Shown: in pieces, positions 1 to 13,300 of the stretch
Layout: each line of letters starts with the position of its first letter
Position numbering within the stretch: the first letter of the stretch is position 1
Origin: Geosiphon pyriformis uo1
Lineage: Eukaryota > Fungi > Glomeromycota
Assembly: GCA_016748015.1 (NCBI GenBank)
Contig: JAAOMT010000664.1
Span: 1,850,576-1,914,575 of the forward strand
Length of the DNA: 64,000 bases
Direction: 5' to 3'
Translations under genes and position numbers: made by a program
The notes under the pieces: model-generated
The model's database searches: none
Seen by the model: only the letters and a program-made list of their open reading frames with translations
Told to the model about the DNA's origin: nothing

Positions 1-559
1 TTTCTATATCAAGATTGATGAACTCATCAAAGAGGTCATTTTGACTCGAGTTTCCAGCACTAGCATTGGCGCCCAAATTAAAGATAGATTCGCCACCAAT
101 ATTAATAAAAGGATTATCGAATAATTGACAATTAAAAACCTAAATAACAAATGCAAGGAATTTAGAAAAGATTAAAAATATAAAAGACCAGGTAATTGAA
201 GAATATAATATCAAGATAATACCTCTTCCATGCTAATTTCTTCAGAGGTTGGTCCTATCATAGACTCTTGTGATATATTTGATAAAATGTTCGTTGCCTG
301 TTGAATTGACTGTTGTGATTGTGCATTTGATAGGCCATTGCCCAAAACTCCAACTTGTGGCGTTGACACTGTACTTCCAGAATTGCCGGTTCCTATAGGC
401 TGTGACGCTTGTGGTTGAGTAGGAGTTGTCTTGGAAGGAGGATTCTATGTAACAATAAGGTTAATTAAATTCTTGAGATCCTAAGTGATACAAAAGGTAG
501 AAAGATACCTTGGCAGAATTAGCATCTGGTTTCTTTTGACGTTGATTTTGAAGAGCTAG

Positions 560-591
<32 letters not shown>

Positions 592-1242
592 GAATTGCAA
601 CTTGTTGATTTTGCTGCTGTTGTTGTTGATTTTGATGTTGCTGCAGCATTATTTGCATTATTGCAGGATTACGCATTGCTTGCTGCATCTGAATTGGCTG
701 CATTCCGACATCTTGAATGGCTGTTCCTCGCTTTGGATAGATAATCAGATGAAACCAATTGTATGAAGAGTAACCGAAAGAAATATTAAAAAGCTTAGAA
801 TTTAAAAGAATAAAATTACCTGTTGCTTTTTGTAACTCAACAAATTGTTTGTTTCTTGCATCATAATATTCTTATTAATTGTTTGTTCTCCTGCGGGACC
901 TGTTCTCACCATATTTCCAGTGTTCGCAATAAAGTTTGGAGTAAATGGAAGTAGTTGTGAATTGGCAAACGTACCATAATGCGGGACGGGAGTAGGGATA
1001 TTGGGGTTATAGCCAGGAGGTCTAGGCATAGTTAAATTTATAGAAGCATTATGTACTTGCGCTACTTTTTGAGTAGCTGAATGAATCAAATTGGAGATTT
1101 CTTGATTTATGGGATTCTCGTGTTGATTAGTGCCAGAGTTGTTGACCAAAGGAGACATGGAATTGTTGTGAGGTGAAATTGGTTTTTGTTGGCTAGTAGC
1201 TACACCAGCTATTGGGTTCCTTTGGATGATGTTTGGTTGTTG

Positions 1243-1281
<39 letters not shown>

Positions 1282-2407
1282 TTGTTGCTGCGTTAGTTGC
1301 GGTTGCTGTTGTTGTTGCTCTTGTTGCGGATTCATTCTTTTATGAACAGTGGCGTTTCGCGTTTTAGGAGTCTGATCCGGTGAGGGGTTTGGAACATTTG
1401 CGAGAGGCTTAACAAATAAAATACATGTTGTTTTAAAAATTGATAGGAAATATACATGTAATCCTGAGAAAAGAAAGTAAAAATTATATACCTGAGTGAG
1501 CAGTGGTTGTGGTTGTTGTTGTTGTTGTTGTTGTTGTTGTTGAGTAGCTTGTTGATTACGTTGTAAAAGTTGTCCACCTTGATTATGTAATTAAAAATTT
1601 TAACAATCTTTATTCCAAAATTATCATGTACTCTCAAAATTAGTAACTCTCACTTACTATTAATATATGCTGATGATTGTTCAGGTGCCGTTGTTCTTTG
1701 CCGCTTACTAGGTGAGGATTGTGATTGCCCCGTCGTTGAGGGAATACCGTTCACGTTCACGCCGTCAACGGGGCGTTTTGTACCTGCAGACGTTAACTAT
1801 GATAGTTTTTTATTTAATAAAAAATGAGACAATTTCGATTAATAAGATATTCTGAAAATAAATATTGGAGTATAAAGATTCAAATATTAACGATAATTTT
1901 GCAAGTATATACTTGATTAACTAATTGTGGCTGAACGTGTAATGGAGGTCCATTAGCTGCTGCAGTTTGTACGGCTGGTGCATTTTGAAAAATGGGTGCG
2001 TTATTTCCAGGATGTTGATGTTGTGAAACAATCTGATATGGCTTTCCTGGTTGATTTCTGTTGATTGCAGAATGAAAAATTTTATCTTATTTAAAATTTA
2101 GTTTTTGAAAAACTCTACATTAATTTATACATACTGTGCAAAAGTTCGCCGCATCGCTTGATTTTTCAATACAGGAGTTTGATTTGAAATACGTTGTTGA
2201 GGGCTCATCATCATTTCACTGCTATTGTTATTCTGAGGTTCGACATTATTCCCCATTATTCGATTGGGAAATTGATTTGTATGAGGTTGTTGATGAGTGA
2301 CAGATGGTGTTTGCTGATTTTGTTGCTGTTGCTGTTGCTGCTGCTGTTGTTGATGCTGTTGTTGTTGTTGCTGCTGTTGCTGTTGCTGTTGTTGCTGCTG
2401 CTGCTGC

Positions 2408-2459
<52 letters not shown>

Positions 2460-2505
2460 GCTGCTGTTGAGCTTGAGCTGCTTGAGAAGCAACCGCTGAA
2501 ACAAC

Positions 2506-2538
<33 letters not shown>

Positions 2539-3427
2539 AGCTGCCTGTGCCTGTGCCTGTGCCTGTGCTTGGGCTTGAGCTTGAGCTTGGGCTTGAGCTT
2601 GTGCTTGTGCTTGTGCTTGAGCTTGGGCTTGCTGAAATTGTAATTGACGTTGGACATGTTGATGCTGTTGCTGTTGCTGTTGCTGTTGTACAGCGACTTG
2701 AACTTGTTGTTGCGTTGGTTGTTGTGGATTCTGCACGGAATAACTTATTGGTAATCCGCCATTTTGATTCATTCCATCCGCCATCATTCTCAATCTGGTG
2801 GCCTTATTTCGCTATAGTGCATATTTAGCAAAAGAAAATGTATTAAAAAATAATTTATATGTAATTATTAGAAATAAATAATTCGATAATTATGCCTATC
2901 CATCATCTTAAAATTGCTGTTTTAATTCAATTTATTTTATCTCAATTCCCCACTCATCATCCAATCCCTGTTTTATGAAAGTATTCATTTTCTGATTGAT
3001 ACCTCAACTAAGACCCTCACCTGCTGATCAAGGGAAAACCGTTGCGCTTCTGGGCTGCAAGGACGACCAAGCTTTGCACTGTAAATGTCCCAAAATACAG
3101 TCCACCATTCATATAGGAAACCTTCAGGTGCGTGAACCGGAACAACCACTTCGGGTAAAGTAGAGCTGTTATCTGAATCCGAGTTTGGAACAGTACTCGA
3201 AGAACCTGGATTATTTGGATTTCCTTCTTCTTTGATCATGCTCTGTAGATCCCCTTCTCTCAAATAAGCTCTTGCACTCTCAATTGCACCTTGTCTTTTA
3301 AGAAAATCATAAACGTAAGCATTTAATAGTTCTTTTTTTTGAACTCCATTGCGTTGTGCTTGTTCCGATTGCTGTTGCTGAGCAGCTTGGTGTTGCTGCT
3401 GTTGTTGAGCAGCTTGGTGTTGTTGTT

Positions 3428-3470
<43 letters not shown>

Positions 3471-3530
3471 TTGCTGTTGCTGTTGATGATGTTGAGTAGC
3501 TTGTTGGACGGCCTGATGCCTAGGTATCAT
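1..3530 (-). CDS. LisH/LUFS-domain, polyQ-rich transcriptional regulator (Flo8/Som1/Adn2/SSDP-like), multi-exon, 3' end beyond window
   Basis: N-terminal LisH motif KELLNAYVYDFLKRQGAIESARAYLREG followed by PEGFLYEWWTVFWDIYSA, the LUFS signature. GT-AG exons read by eye: 3530-3021, 2811-2135, 2057-1913, 1796-1658, 1577-1492, 1407-820, 730-509, 444-223, 139-<1. Exon lengths give consistent phases (0,2,0,1,0,0,0,0) and an open frame. Confidence 0.88.
2310..2690 (-). repeat. Coding (CAA/CAG)n polyQ tracts and (CAAGCT/CAGGCA)n QA dipeptide repeat
   Basis: Direct reading of exon 2: a QAQAQA run of about 15 units flanked by long polyQ. Further polyQ tracts at ~560-640, ~1235-1325, ~1510-1545 and ~3370-3495. 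Confidence 0.95.
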
Positions 3531-4399
3531 GGTCTTAAACTTTGCTATACGAAAGAGTAATATCGACTGGGTTAATCTTGTCAGTCAGTTCAAGTTTTTG
3601 AGAGTTAGTGGCGAATGTAGTAAGAGATTATTAAGCCACAAAAGTATTTTAATTTTTAAAGTATTAAAATAGTAGATAAAATGAATAATATTTTTTCTTC
3701 TCAAAAGTCTCAAAGAAAATTCGTAGGGCAGTTGAGTAAAGTAAAACAGAAGACGGTCAACGAGAAAAAAAGTCGGTGAATAAAATGGTGAGTATATTAG
3801 AAAGAACAGGGAGTAATTATAATATTTATGGTTTTACTATCATAAAGCTGCAGGTTATGATAATAAAAAAGCAATATCTGATTGAGTTCGGAATTTTTGA
3901 CTTGGGGAAATAGTGGTATATAGAGTAAAATCTATGTAATAAAAGAAGGGACCTTAGTAGAAATTGTTGAGTCAGCTGAATGTCAAAATGGCTGACTTCT
4001 GAATTTTAAAAACACTCTGATAATTCTGTTTATTTTATATATATCATATAGTTTTCAAGTGTCTTTGTAATAGTGACCCATACTCCCCCACGCCCCAAAC
4101 AGGTACTGTAATAACCGACCCTCATCGGCAAGAATGCAAAGATTTTCATTGAACATTTTGAACCAATTAAGTTCTTTGAATTATCTTTAAAAGAACGTCA
4201 TTTTGCTGAAAAAACGACAATGAAAGAACTTGGCAGATAAAAAAGGTAAATAAAACAAAAAGGAGTGCATTATTATATATAATAAACATTTATATACAGA
4301 TTTATGTTCTCATGTGTAAATAGAACAACTTTTACTTTTTCAATTAAGTTTTATCATGATAATTTGAATAATAATATGGTTTACTTACAAGCCAAAATA

Positions 4400-5090
4400 A
4401 ATTAATTTCACAATTTTTACTTTTTAAAATAATTATTTGGTAATGTTTTTACTATTTTATTAATTATGTTTTGTATATCTTTATTAATTTAAAGTATTAA
4501 TATAAATAATTTTAACTTAAAAGTTTTAAGTATATAAAATTAATTTTAAATCAAAACTTTAAAAATTAAGAATTTTTATTTATTTATTAATTAAAAATAT
4601 ATTAATTAAAAAATAATATAATTTTAGTTATTTTTAAATTAATAAACAATTTATTATATTTTAAAAAATTAATTTTTTAATATAATTTATTTAAATTATT
4701 ATTATAAACCTTTTTTTTGTATTTTTATAATTATAAAACAAAGAATAAAAAAAGATTTTTTAAATGTTAATATTGTGGTAATTATAAATAACCATTTGGT
4801 TAAACATTTTTTCAAGATTTCAAAGATTTTAAATTAGTTTTTATTAATCTGTTATTGTTCAAAAATAAATAAATAATTACTATTTTAGACTTATATATAA
4901 ATATATTTTTTAATGCTTAATTAGATTAAGTAATTATTATTAATTTAATTATTGTTAAAATTATTAATAAAAATATGTTTATTATATTAAGCAGTAATTT
5001 TAATAAAAATGAATTAGAATACAATATTAGTTTTAAAAAATACTTAAATATAAATCTGATATTATTTATAAAAAAAAACATAAATAATAA
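4400..5090 (+). pseudogene. Extremely AT-eroded LINE remnant (end of ORF1 / N-terminal APE endonuclease); probable 5' part of outermost LINE D
   Basis: Eroded endonuclease-like text near 4750-5060 (…GF.NVNIVVIINNHLVKH…, …SFKKYLN…) is collinear with the N-terminal ORF2 region of better-preserved copies. Boundaries approximate. Confidence 0.45.
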
Positions 5091-8000
5091 TAATATAAAT
5101 TACTAATAACAAAATAAAAAATTATTAGAACATATAATATTAGGAATTCTAGGAATACAAATAAAAATATTAACAAAAATACCAATAATCTCAAAAAAAT
5201 TATAGAAATTTCAAAAATTTTGTATTATAAAAATTATATATATATAGCAAAAATAAAAAAAACAAAAAAAAAACAGATAAAAAAGAACAGATTAGTTTGT
5301 TTTAAAATTAGTTTAGTTATTTCTACTTCAATTAAATTACAAATCAAATAAACCTATTTTTTAAAATTTATATTACTTATTAATTAATAAATTTAATACT
5401 GTTTATTAAAATTTATATTATTATTATATTAATATTAATAATATTTATTATGACTATTTAACAACACTAAAACTATAGCTTTTAATCATAACTATTAATA
5501 GAATATTAATTGCTACTATATTATTTTATTATTTATGTTTATTTTGAGTTATTAATTAATTATAAAAAAAGTGTTAAAATTATAATATCAAAAATTGTCT
5601 AATAAAAAATACTAAAAAAGAATATAAATATAGTTAAAAAACTAGAATTACTATAAGTAATTCTATAGCTAAAAAAAAATCAGTCAAAGTTTTGGCTTCA
5701 AATTCAATTAATAGAAACTTAGCTTAAAAGCAGAAAGTTTTCTTTGACAAAATTAAACATTCAGATAATAAAGCAGATTTAAGTTTTAATGAATTAAAAC
5801 ATATTATTAGTCAGTTTGCTAAAATAAAAACAGATAAAAATGCTTTTAAAGTAGTTTTTTGAGTAAAAATACTGGTTATAAAGCAAATAGTAAAAACAAA
5901 AAACAGTTTGATTTTAAAACAAATATTTTTAAAGCCAAGTAAGTTAATACTAGTGTTGTTTTTAGTTTTTTAATTGGTTTTCTTAACTTTAACATAAATA
6001 ATAAAGAAGTTTTTTTCTCTTTTTATTTACTTATCTCTCTGGACAAAAAATAAATAATAATGTTAAAAAACAAGAAATTAAATTAAATTGAACTGTAATA
6101 ATCAAAAAAATTCTCATAAATATACCAAAAAAATAATTATTACTGCAGTAACCAAATATAATTAGATAGTATTAATCTAATTATAATTAATTAAACTATA
6201 ACAAAAAACTGTAATAAAATTTGTTAAATCAAATTAAGCAGATTTGTTAACAGCTAAGTGGTTATTTTTTATTAGATAAAATTTAATATAAGTAACTAAG
6301 ACTATAGAAGATTATAATATATAGATTTCTAGAAATTAACATAGAGCTTTTTTGTATACACTCTTTGTAAGAACAATTATATATAATTTAGATACTTTGT
6401 TGAAAAGAACCAGTAAAAAAACTTCTATTATTAATTAATTATTTAAAATAAGCAATAAGATTTACTATACTGTAGTTAATTTTAAGTCAAATTAAGAACT
6501 GAAATCTGCCTTTTACACAGAGCCAATATTTGATGGAATAAAATTTTTTGGACTAGGTTGAATCTGGTTTGCTATAAAAAATATAAATGTTTTGAATATT
6601 TCTCTCTTAAATATAACTTTTTAAGTTCTTTTATTTTGGTTAAAAAAAAGATATATAAGAAGTTTATTTTGAATTAAGATTGATTTCAGTTCACTTATTT
6701 TTATGCAAAAAAAATGTGTCTATCTTTTAACTTACTGTTTTTGACAGCAAATCTTGAATACAAATAGTATTTTTAATAACTGTTCTTAATAATAATTATT
6801 TTGTTTTTGTTTTTGGGTTTTTTTTTCTAATACTTTACTCTTTGATAATATGGTTTCAAAGTCTTAAAATATGTCTGCAATTGGTAATTGATTAGCTTTT
6901 TTAGAATATTTTCTAATGCTTTTAACTGACCAAATATTGAATATTGTATACAAGTTGGGTGTTTTGAATTTAGTACTTTTTGCTTTCCTATTTTTTGTGC
7001 TAACTGGTTTGACAGTTTTGAATCCAAATTTGGATTTTAATATAGTTTTAGATAATCTATTAGCATTGTTTCTTCCTTTTTTAGTGAATACAAATAAAAT
7101 ATTGAATTTGGGTACAAGCAGCTTTAAGATTTTAACTACCAAAATAAGTGGTTTAAAATTAAAATTGGTTACTTTTAAAGTATCTATAGTATTTGTTTTG
7201 GCAAAATTAAATCAGTTGTACACTAATTTGGATTATTCGATATTTTTTGCATCTAAATAAATAACTTATTTTGGAAGTTTTCTATGTATAATATTAGGAA
7301 TATGGACAATTAAATTAAGCAGAAAAATATTATTTATTAGTATAAAAATCAGACAACATGGTTTTTATTGTTATTAAAACTAAGTTAAAATTTAATATTA
7401 GGCTATAAATTAAAAGTAAACTTAATGATGTTTAAATTTTTATGTTAAGTATAAAGCAAAGTTTTCATAGTACTAGTATAGTTATTATTATGAACATTTT
7501 ATTAGTTCAACATATATTAAAAATTAAGAAGGTGTATGACAGAATAATTTCAGTTTGTTTGTTATTTAAAAACAAGTTTTTAGTTATAGTTTTGGAACTA
7601 TATGTTGGTATATTTGCTAGTGTGTAGTTTAATCAAGTTTCTAATATTAACTTTGTTATCTTTAAAGCAGTTAATTCTAGCTCTTTTGTAATTTTGGATG
7701 GTAATTTTAATAAAAATAGTTTTAAGAGAAGTGTAAATTTTAAAAAATGTTTAAATATGAGTCTGCTTAATTTATTTTATGAATATTTATTAGTTAAAAT
7801 TTCTACATAGAGCAATTTCAGATAGAATTTTGATTGAATTGAACCAAATTAAACTTTGAATGTTATTCAAGTTTGGTTTAAATTACAAATCAAACTTGAA
7901 CCAAACCAATTTTTCAAAGTAGATTTGGTTTGAGTTTAACATTGAATCTTTTTAACAAGTTTGAATTTGATTTAAGTCTGGCTCAAAGTTTATAAACTTG

Positions 8001-9114
8001 TTTAAGTTTGATAAAATTAAAAAAAATATAACTTGTACTATTTGTTCATCAATTATTACTTTGTTTAATTATTATAATTAGTTAAAAAAATAAATAAAAC
8101 TATATATGTATAATAATTCTATTCTTTAACTTGTCAAAATAAATTTATTGTTAGTATTATTCAATGTTATTAAAGATTCAAAATCCAAAATAATAAAATT
8201 TGATAATCCAAATAGTCCAAATATTAATATATTTAATAAACATAGTTTTTAGAATAAAGTATAAGACTATTTTAATAAGTTTAAATAGACAAAAAAAAAA
8301 CAGCTAAATGTACAGTTTCAAAATATATATATAAATTATTTTTTTATAGAATTATAAGTATTACCAAATTTTTATGATGCTATTTAGAAACTTCTTACCA
8401 AACAGTATATATTATAATAGAAAATATTATAAAAAAAAACAAAATGTTTAGAAAAATTATAAGTTAATTAAAAAAATGTTTTAATGAGTAAGATTACTAT
8501 TTTTTTTTATAATTTTTGGCCAATCTAATTAAAAAACTGCTCTAACTTTCTGTAGTAACTGCTATTAACATTGATAATAAAAAAACTTTGTAACATAATT
8601 ATTATTTGGTTTATTAACTACTAGTAATTACTTTTTATAATAAAAAATTCTAAATTAATTAAAATATTTCAATATTTGAATTTTACTTCTCAACCTGTTT
8701 GTGCCAATACAATTAAGAATAAAGTCATAAAACTTTATGTTTTGGGTATACAAAAATTAAGAATAAGCATTATTTTTATTATAAAATATCTTTTTTATTT
8801 TATTTATATTTATCATATAATAAATATACTTAAGTATTATCAAGTCCAAAATTTTTTTTACATTAGATCTCTGAACATTTTCCAATAACAAAGTTTTTGT
8901 TTTTATTATTACTTATTATATTAATAAAAATTGGGATCTTTAATAAATAATAATTGATTTTGGATTAATAAGTAAATAACATGATAGAATAAATATTGCA
9001 AACAAATTTTTTAAAGTATTAAAAAATTATAGAATTACATTAAAGATATGTATATATATTTTTGTATAAATTTGGGTTAGTTAATAGCCAATAATGAAAT
9101 TGGCATACTATATA

Positions 9115-9450
9115 GTATATTAGTATTATTTGAAATTTAGAATTATTATAGTGCTTATATTATCAAAAATTGCATTTTCTCAATGTTGGCTTAAGTTGGT
9201 TTTATTATTGCTCCAAAGCTGAATTTTCAGCATTAATATTATCTAAAGCTCAGAATTATTACAGTGCTTATATTATCAAAAATTATATTTCTTTAATATT
9301 GGCTTAAATTGATTTTTATTATTGTTTCAAAGCAGAATTTTTGGCATTAGTATTATCTAAGATTCAAAGTTACTATAGTGCTCATATTATTAAAAACTGT
9401 ATTTTTTTAATGTTAGCTTAAGTGGTTTTTATTATTGCCTTGAACTAAAT
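9115..9450. repeat. Tandem repeat, ~113-114 bp unit x ~3, inserted within the hAT transposase
   Basis: GTGCT(T/C)ATATTAT anchors at 9151, 9264 and 9378; units align along their whole length with mostly transition differences. Confidence 0.85.
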
Positions 9451-10329
9451 TTTTAGCCAAAAAATTAAGAAGAAGTTTAAAAAAAGTTATACTTATCTAC
9501 TTTTTATACAAATTTATCATTAATTTTATTAGTTATAACTTAATTTTTTTTTGACAGTTTTTTGTTATTATTTTTAATAATACTACAAATAATAATACTT
9601 TTGTAAAAAAGTTAATAAGGAAATTAGAAAAAAAAAACATTCAATAAAATTTAAAGAATCTTTGATTTTAATGCTTTGATCATATTTTAAACTTAGCAGT
9701 ACAAATAGCTCTAAATAAATAAAGAATAATATATCTAAGATATTTGTTAAAAACCCAAACTAAATATATTTACTTAAAATTTTTCTAATGTAAACTTTGT
9801 ATAAATTAAAGATTAAGAAACTTAACTCTGTAATTTATATCTTATTTTAACATTTTAAACTTTTTGAACATGTCTATAATAAATGTTAAATTAAATACCA
9901 TAAACTCATTTTGAATTATTTTATTTGATAGAATTTTACTTATAACATAGTTAAAAATGAGTTATTTTTTAAATCAGTAAGTTATTTATTTCTGATTTTG
10001 TATATTTTTGAATACAAAAATTTTAACTGTAAATTTATAAGCATTAAACACCTTTATTAGCATTTATATTGATTTTTATTAATATGCTATTTTATATAAT
10101 CAATAAGTTGTCTTTAATAAAACTGCTAAATTTTTTAAACTATTTAAAAATATTATGGTCAAAATATTAGCTAGTTCAAATAGTATTGTTTTTTTTTTTT
10201 TTTTTATTAATATTTTACAAGTGAGATTCAAACACTACCTAGCACTATACATCATACAAATGATCTAAACTAGGTGCAAATTATGCACTTTCTACATGTG
10301 ACCAGCCACTTGGGCCAGTCAAAACAACA

Positions 10330-13300
10330 CTACACACCTATATGCACAGAGACTGTGTCCCCAATATCTGAAAAAAATGAACAAAGCTTGCAAAACCTGA
10401 AACTAACCCCAAAAGCTTCAGCAATACCCAACAGCCTAATTACACCAGCCGAAAATACTACAGGCAAACCAAAAATTGACATGGGAACAAACCCATCATG
10501 TGGGATCAAATCATGCCTCTCCATAAATGCCCAGTGTTTGGCATGGACCAACCAAATGTCATCCCAAAATGCAAGACAAAACTTATATACAAAGCTCACA
10601 ATCCTTTTAGTACCCTTCTTAGAATCTTTAAAAACTGAGACAGACTCCCAAAACCAGTTATCAAAAACAAAATCCTTACACAAAGCAACACCAATTCCAA
10701 CCTCAGAAATACAAGAAGCCAACACCTGTAAGACACATGAAGAAGAGTGAGACAGACCAGAAAAAGCCTCCCAAGCTGAAGCATAAGTGTCCAACAAACA
10801 AGCACAGTCTGCAGCATCCTGAAGACACAAAAAGACGTGATCTGAGATCTCAACATTACCACAGAACAGACAGACTACACTGGGGTATCTCCTATTATAT
10901 AAATGTTTGTGCACAGCAACAAGAAGCCAATAATAAAGAGCCTTCATAAAGTAAGTACGACAGCTCACTGTGTGCATGCTGGTAAAACTGGAGGCCAAGT
11001 AAAAATTGGTGTGTCATACTATAGAAGACTTAAACCAATTGACATTAGCACACAAACTATCAGCCACAACATGAGAACCAACTCCAACCTCTCAACAAGC
11101 ACAATAAACTAACTGGAAAATATCATGAACAAAGTGTCTAAAATTACCAGAAACTGCCATACCATCAGTGCACAGAAAATGTTTACTAACTAAATAAGGC
11201 AGATGCCAAGCAGAGAGAGCAGCATCTTTGGCAAGTGCATCAGCATGCTCATTGCCTGAGACACCTGAATGACTTTTTACCTTAACCCAATTCACATCCA
11301 AATTCTTTCGACGAATAACGGTAGCAATGTGGCAACACTTAATCCAACAGCAGTTCCTGAAATCCAGATGAACCAGCGAAAACTCCGACCTACATGCATC
11401 CAAAGCAGCTTGGCTATCCAAAAACAAGTCAATTGAATGAGAAGAAAGAACACACTCAAGGACCAAAGCTATGGCTTGCAGCTCCATTAAAGTAGAAAAA
11501 ACCAAACTGAACACCCCTACCCCCAAACCCAAGTTAATGTCCTCAAAAAAAATGGCAGCACCTGCTTTCACATCAACAGTGCCCAGACCAGACAGAGACT
11601 CATCTGTATACACAGAAAAGTGGGCAGCATCAGCGATCAGCAGAGTGTCACAAACCACACCAAAATCATGAAAGAGATGAATATCTGATACAGCATGACC
11701 ATCTACCAAAGAAGAACTTGAGAAGAGGGAACCAACACCACCAAGAAAGCAAATGGAGAAATCAAACCAGAAAGAGATTGGGCCACGAGAGTCTAGTCTC
11801 TTCCAATGCTTGAAGGCTCTTCAACTGAAAACATCACCATTACGGTCATGAAGCTGTTTCACAAAAGTAATTCCATAATGTCTAAGCGAAGAGACACACC
11901 TGAAAAAACAAAGTTTATCAAGAACCAAAGACATAAGAGTACCACACCGACAGCAAAAAGCACAAGCCAGAGAGCCATCCAAAGACAAATCACATCTGGA
12001 AAAAATACGAACCACACCAGCCAAAAAATTGTTCAAGGGATTGACACCAATACAAGATAGAAACAGCAAAGGATGACGTGGGTGCCAGCTGAGAACTTGA
12101 AGATCATGAGACCTATGAGAAAAAAAATGACCCAAAATACCAGCAGAATTTGCGAAAGTAACAGCGAATGCCAATTTATTCTCAGCCTGAATCTGCTCAA
12201 AAGTCTTTAAACTATACAATAAGAGGTGGTGCAGTGCATCATTGGAGAAATCACAGAACAGCCCAAACTTAGATTTCAAGATTTTGCATACTAGAGCATT
12301 CCATTTGTTACAAACACCCACAGAAACAAAACTGAACTGAGTCCTATAGCTGATGATGAGAAAAAAACCGCGGACACCAAATACGCACACTGCTTATTAG
12401 AAACTGCCTTTTTTAAAACTATATTCACAAAAAACCGCACATCCACTTGAGCTTTAGCTAAGCTGGGCTTCGAAAAACCCTCAGAAAATAAAAAAATGCC
12501 TAGATAACAATGAGATTCCTCTTTCTTGGCAATAGAAATAGGCGCATCACTGATAGTCAAATGAGGGTTCAACACCCAGCAATTGATGGGAATGGCCACC
12601 ATTTTGTTATTATTTACAGAAATATTGTTAAACTTGAAAAACTCACTAGCAACATCAAGGATGCATTGTGTAGTAGCCTGGCTGCTACCAACCCAAATAG
12701 TATCATCGACAAAAGTGCCGGCAGCAAAAAACGAAGACAGCCCAGCTTAAGGATCCACTCAGCCAGTTTTGGATATAAAATGAGAATTCAATCTGTAGCC
12801 ATACACACTATCTTGTCTTTTGACTTTACACAAGAGTGAATCGTAAAATATATGCCAGAGAAGAGAAGAGAAAACTTCCCCTTGGTCTAATCTATCATGA
12901 ACACAATATCTATCAGTTAAGCCAAAGTCAGTCATCACTCTGTTAATGTGACCATTGTGAATGCTGCCAAAAAATCTAATAAACTTCTCACACATCTTAA
13001 TCTTAACCAGACTTCTCCTGAGATGTTCCCAACTGACTAAGTCATAAGCCTTATGTATGTCTTGCAAAACCAACCAGAGTTCTTGGTTTTTCTTTAGGGC
13101 ATCTTCAATTTCTGAACCAACAGCAAAAATGGGAGACTGGGTTGTTGTACCTTTTAGAACTGAAAAATTGTCCTCGCAAAGGACATCAAAAGTACTGCAA
13201 GCTGAAGAAATCTTATCAGAAAGGATCTTGAAAAGAATCTTGTGGGCCATTTCAATCAAAGCAATAGGATGGGTGTTCGTAAAAACTCCCTCCCATTCAT

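Noticed and set aside
2194-2828. Poly-Leu, poly-Val/Ala and poly-Asn ORFs (also 560-766, 1332-1637, 3339-3560)
   Set aside because: Antisense or alternative-frame shadows of the polyQ codons of the LUFS gene.
5090-5600. Possible solo LTR remnant (TAGGAATTCTAGGAAT)
   Set aside because: Too eroded to define termini or a TSD.
9115-9450. Regularly spaced repeats suggesting a CRISPR array
   Set aside because: Whole units are repeated with no unique spacers, there are no cas genes, and the context is eukaryotic.
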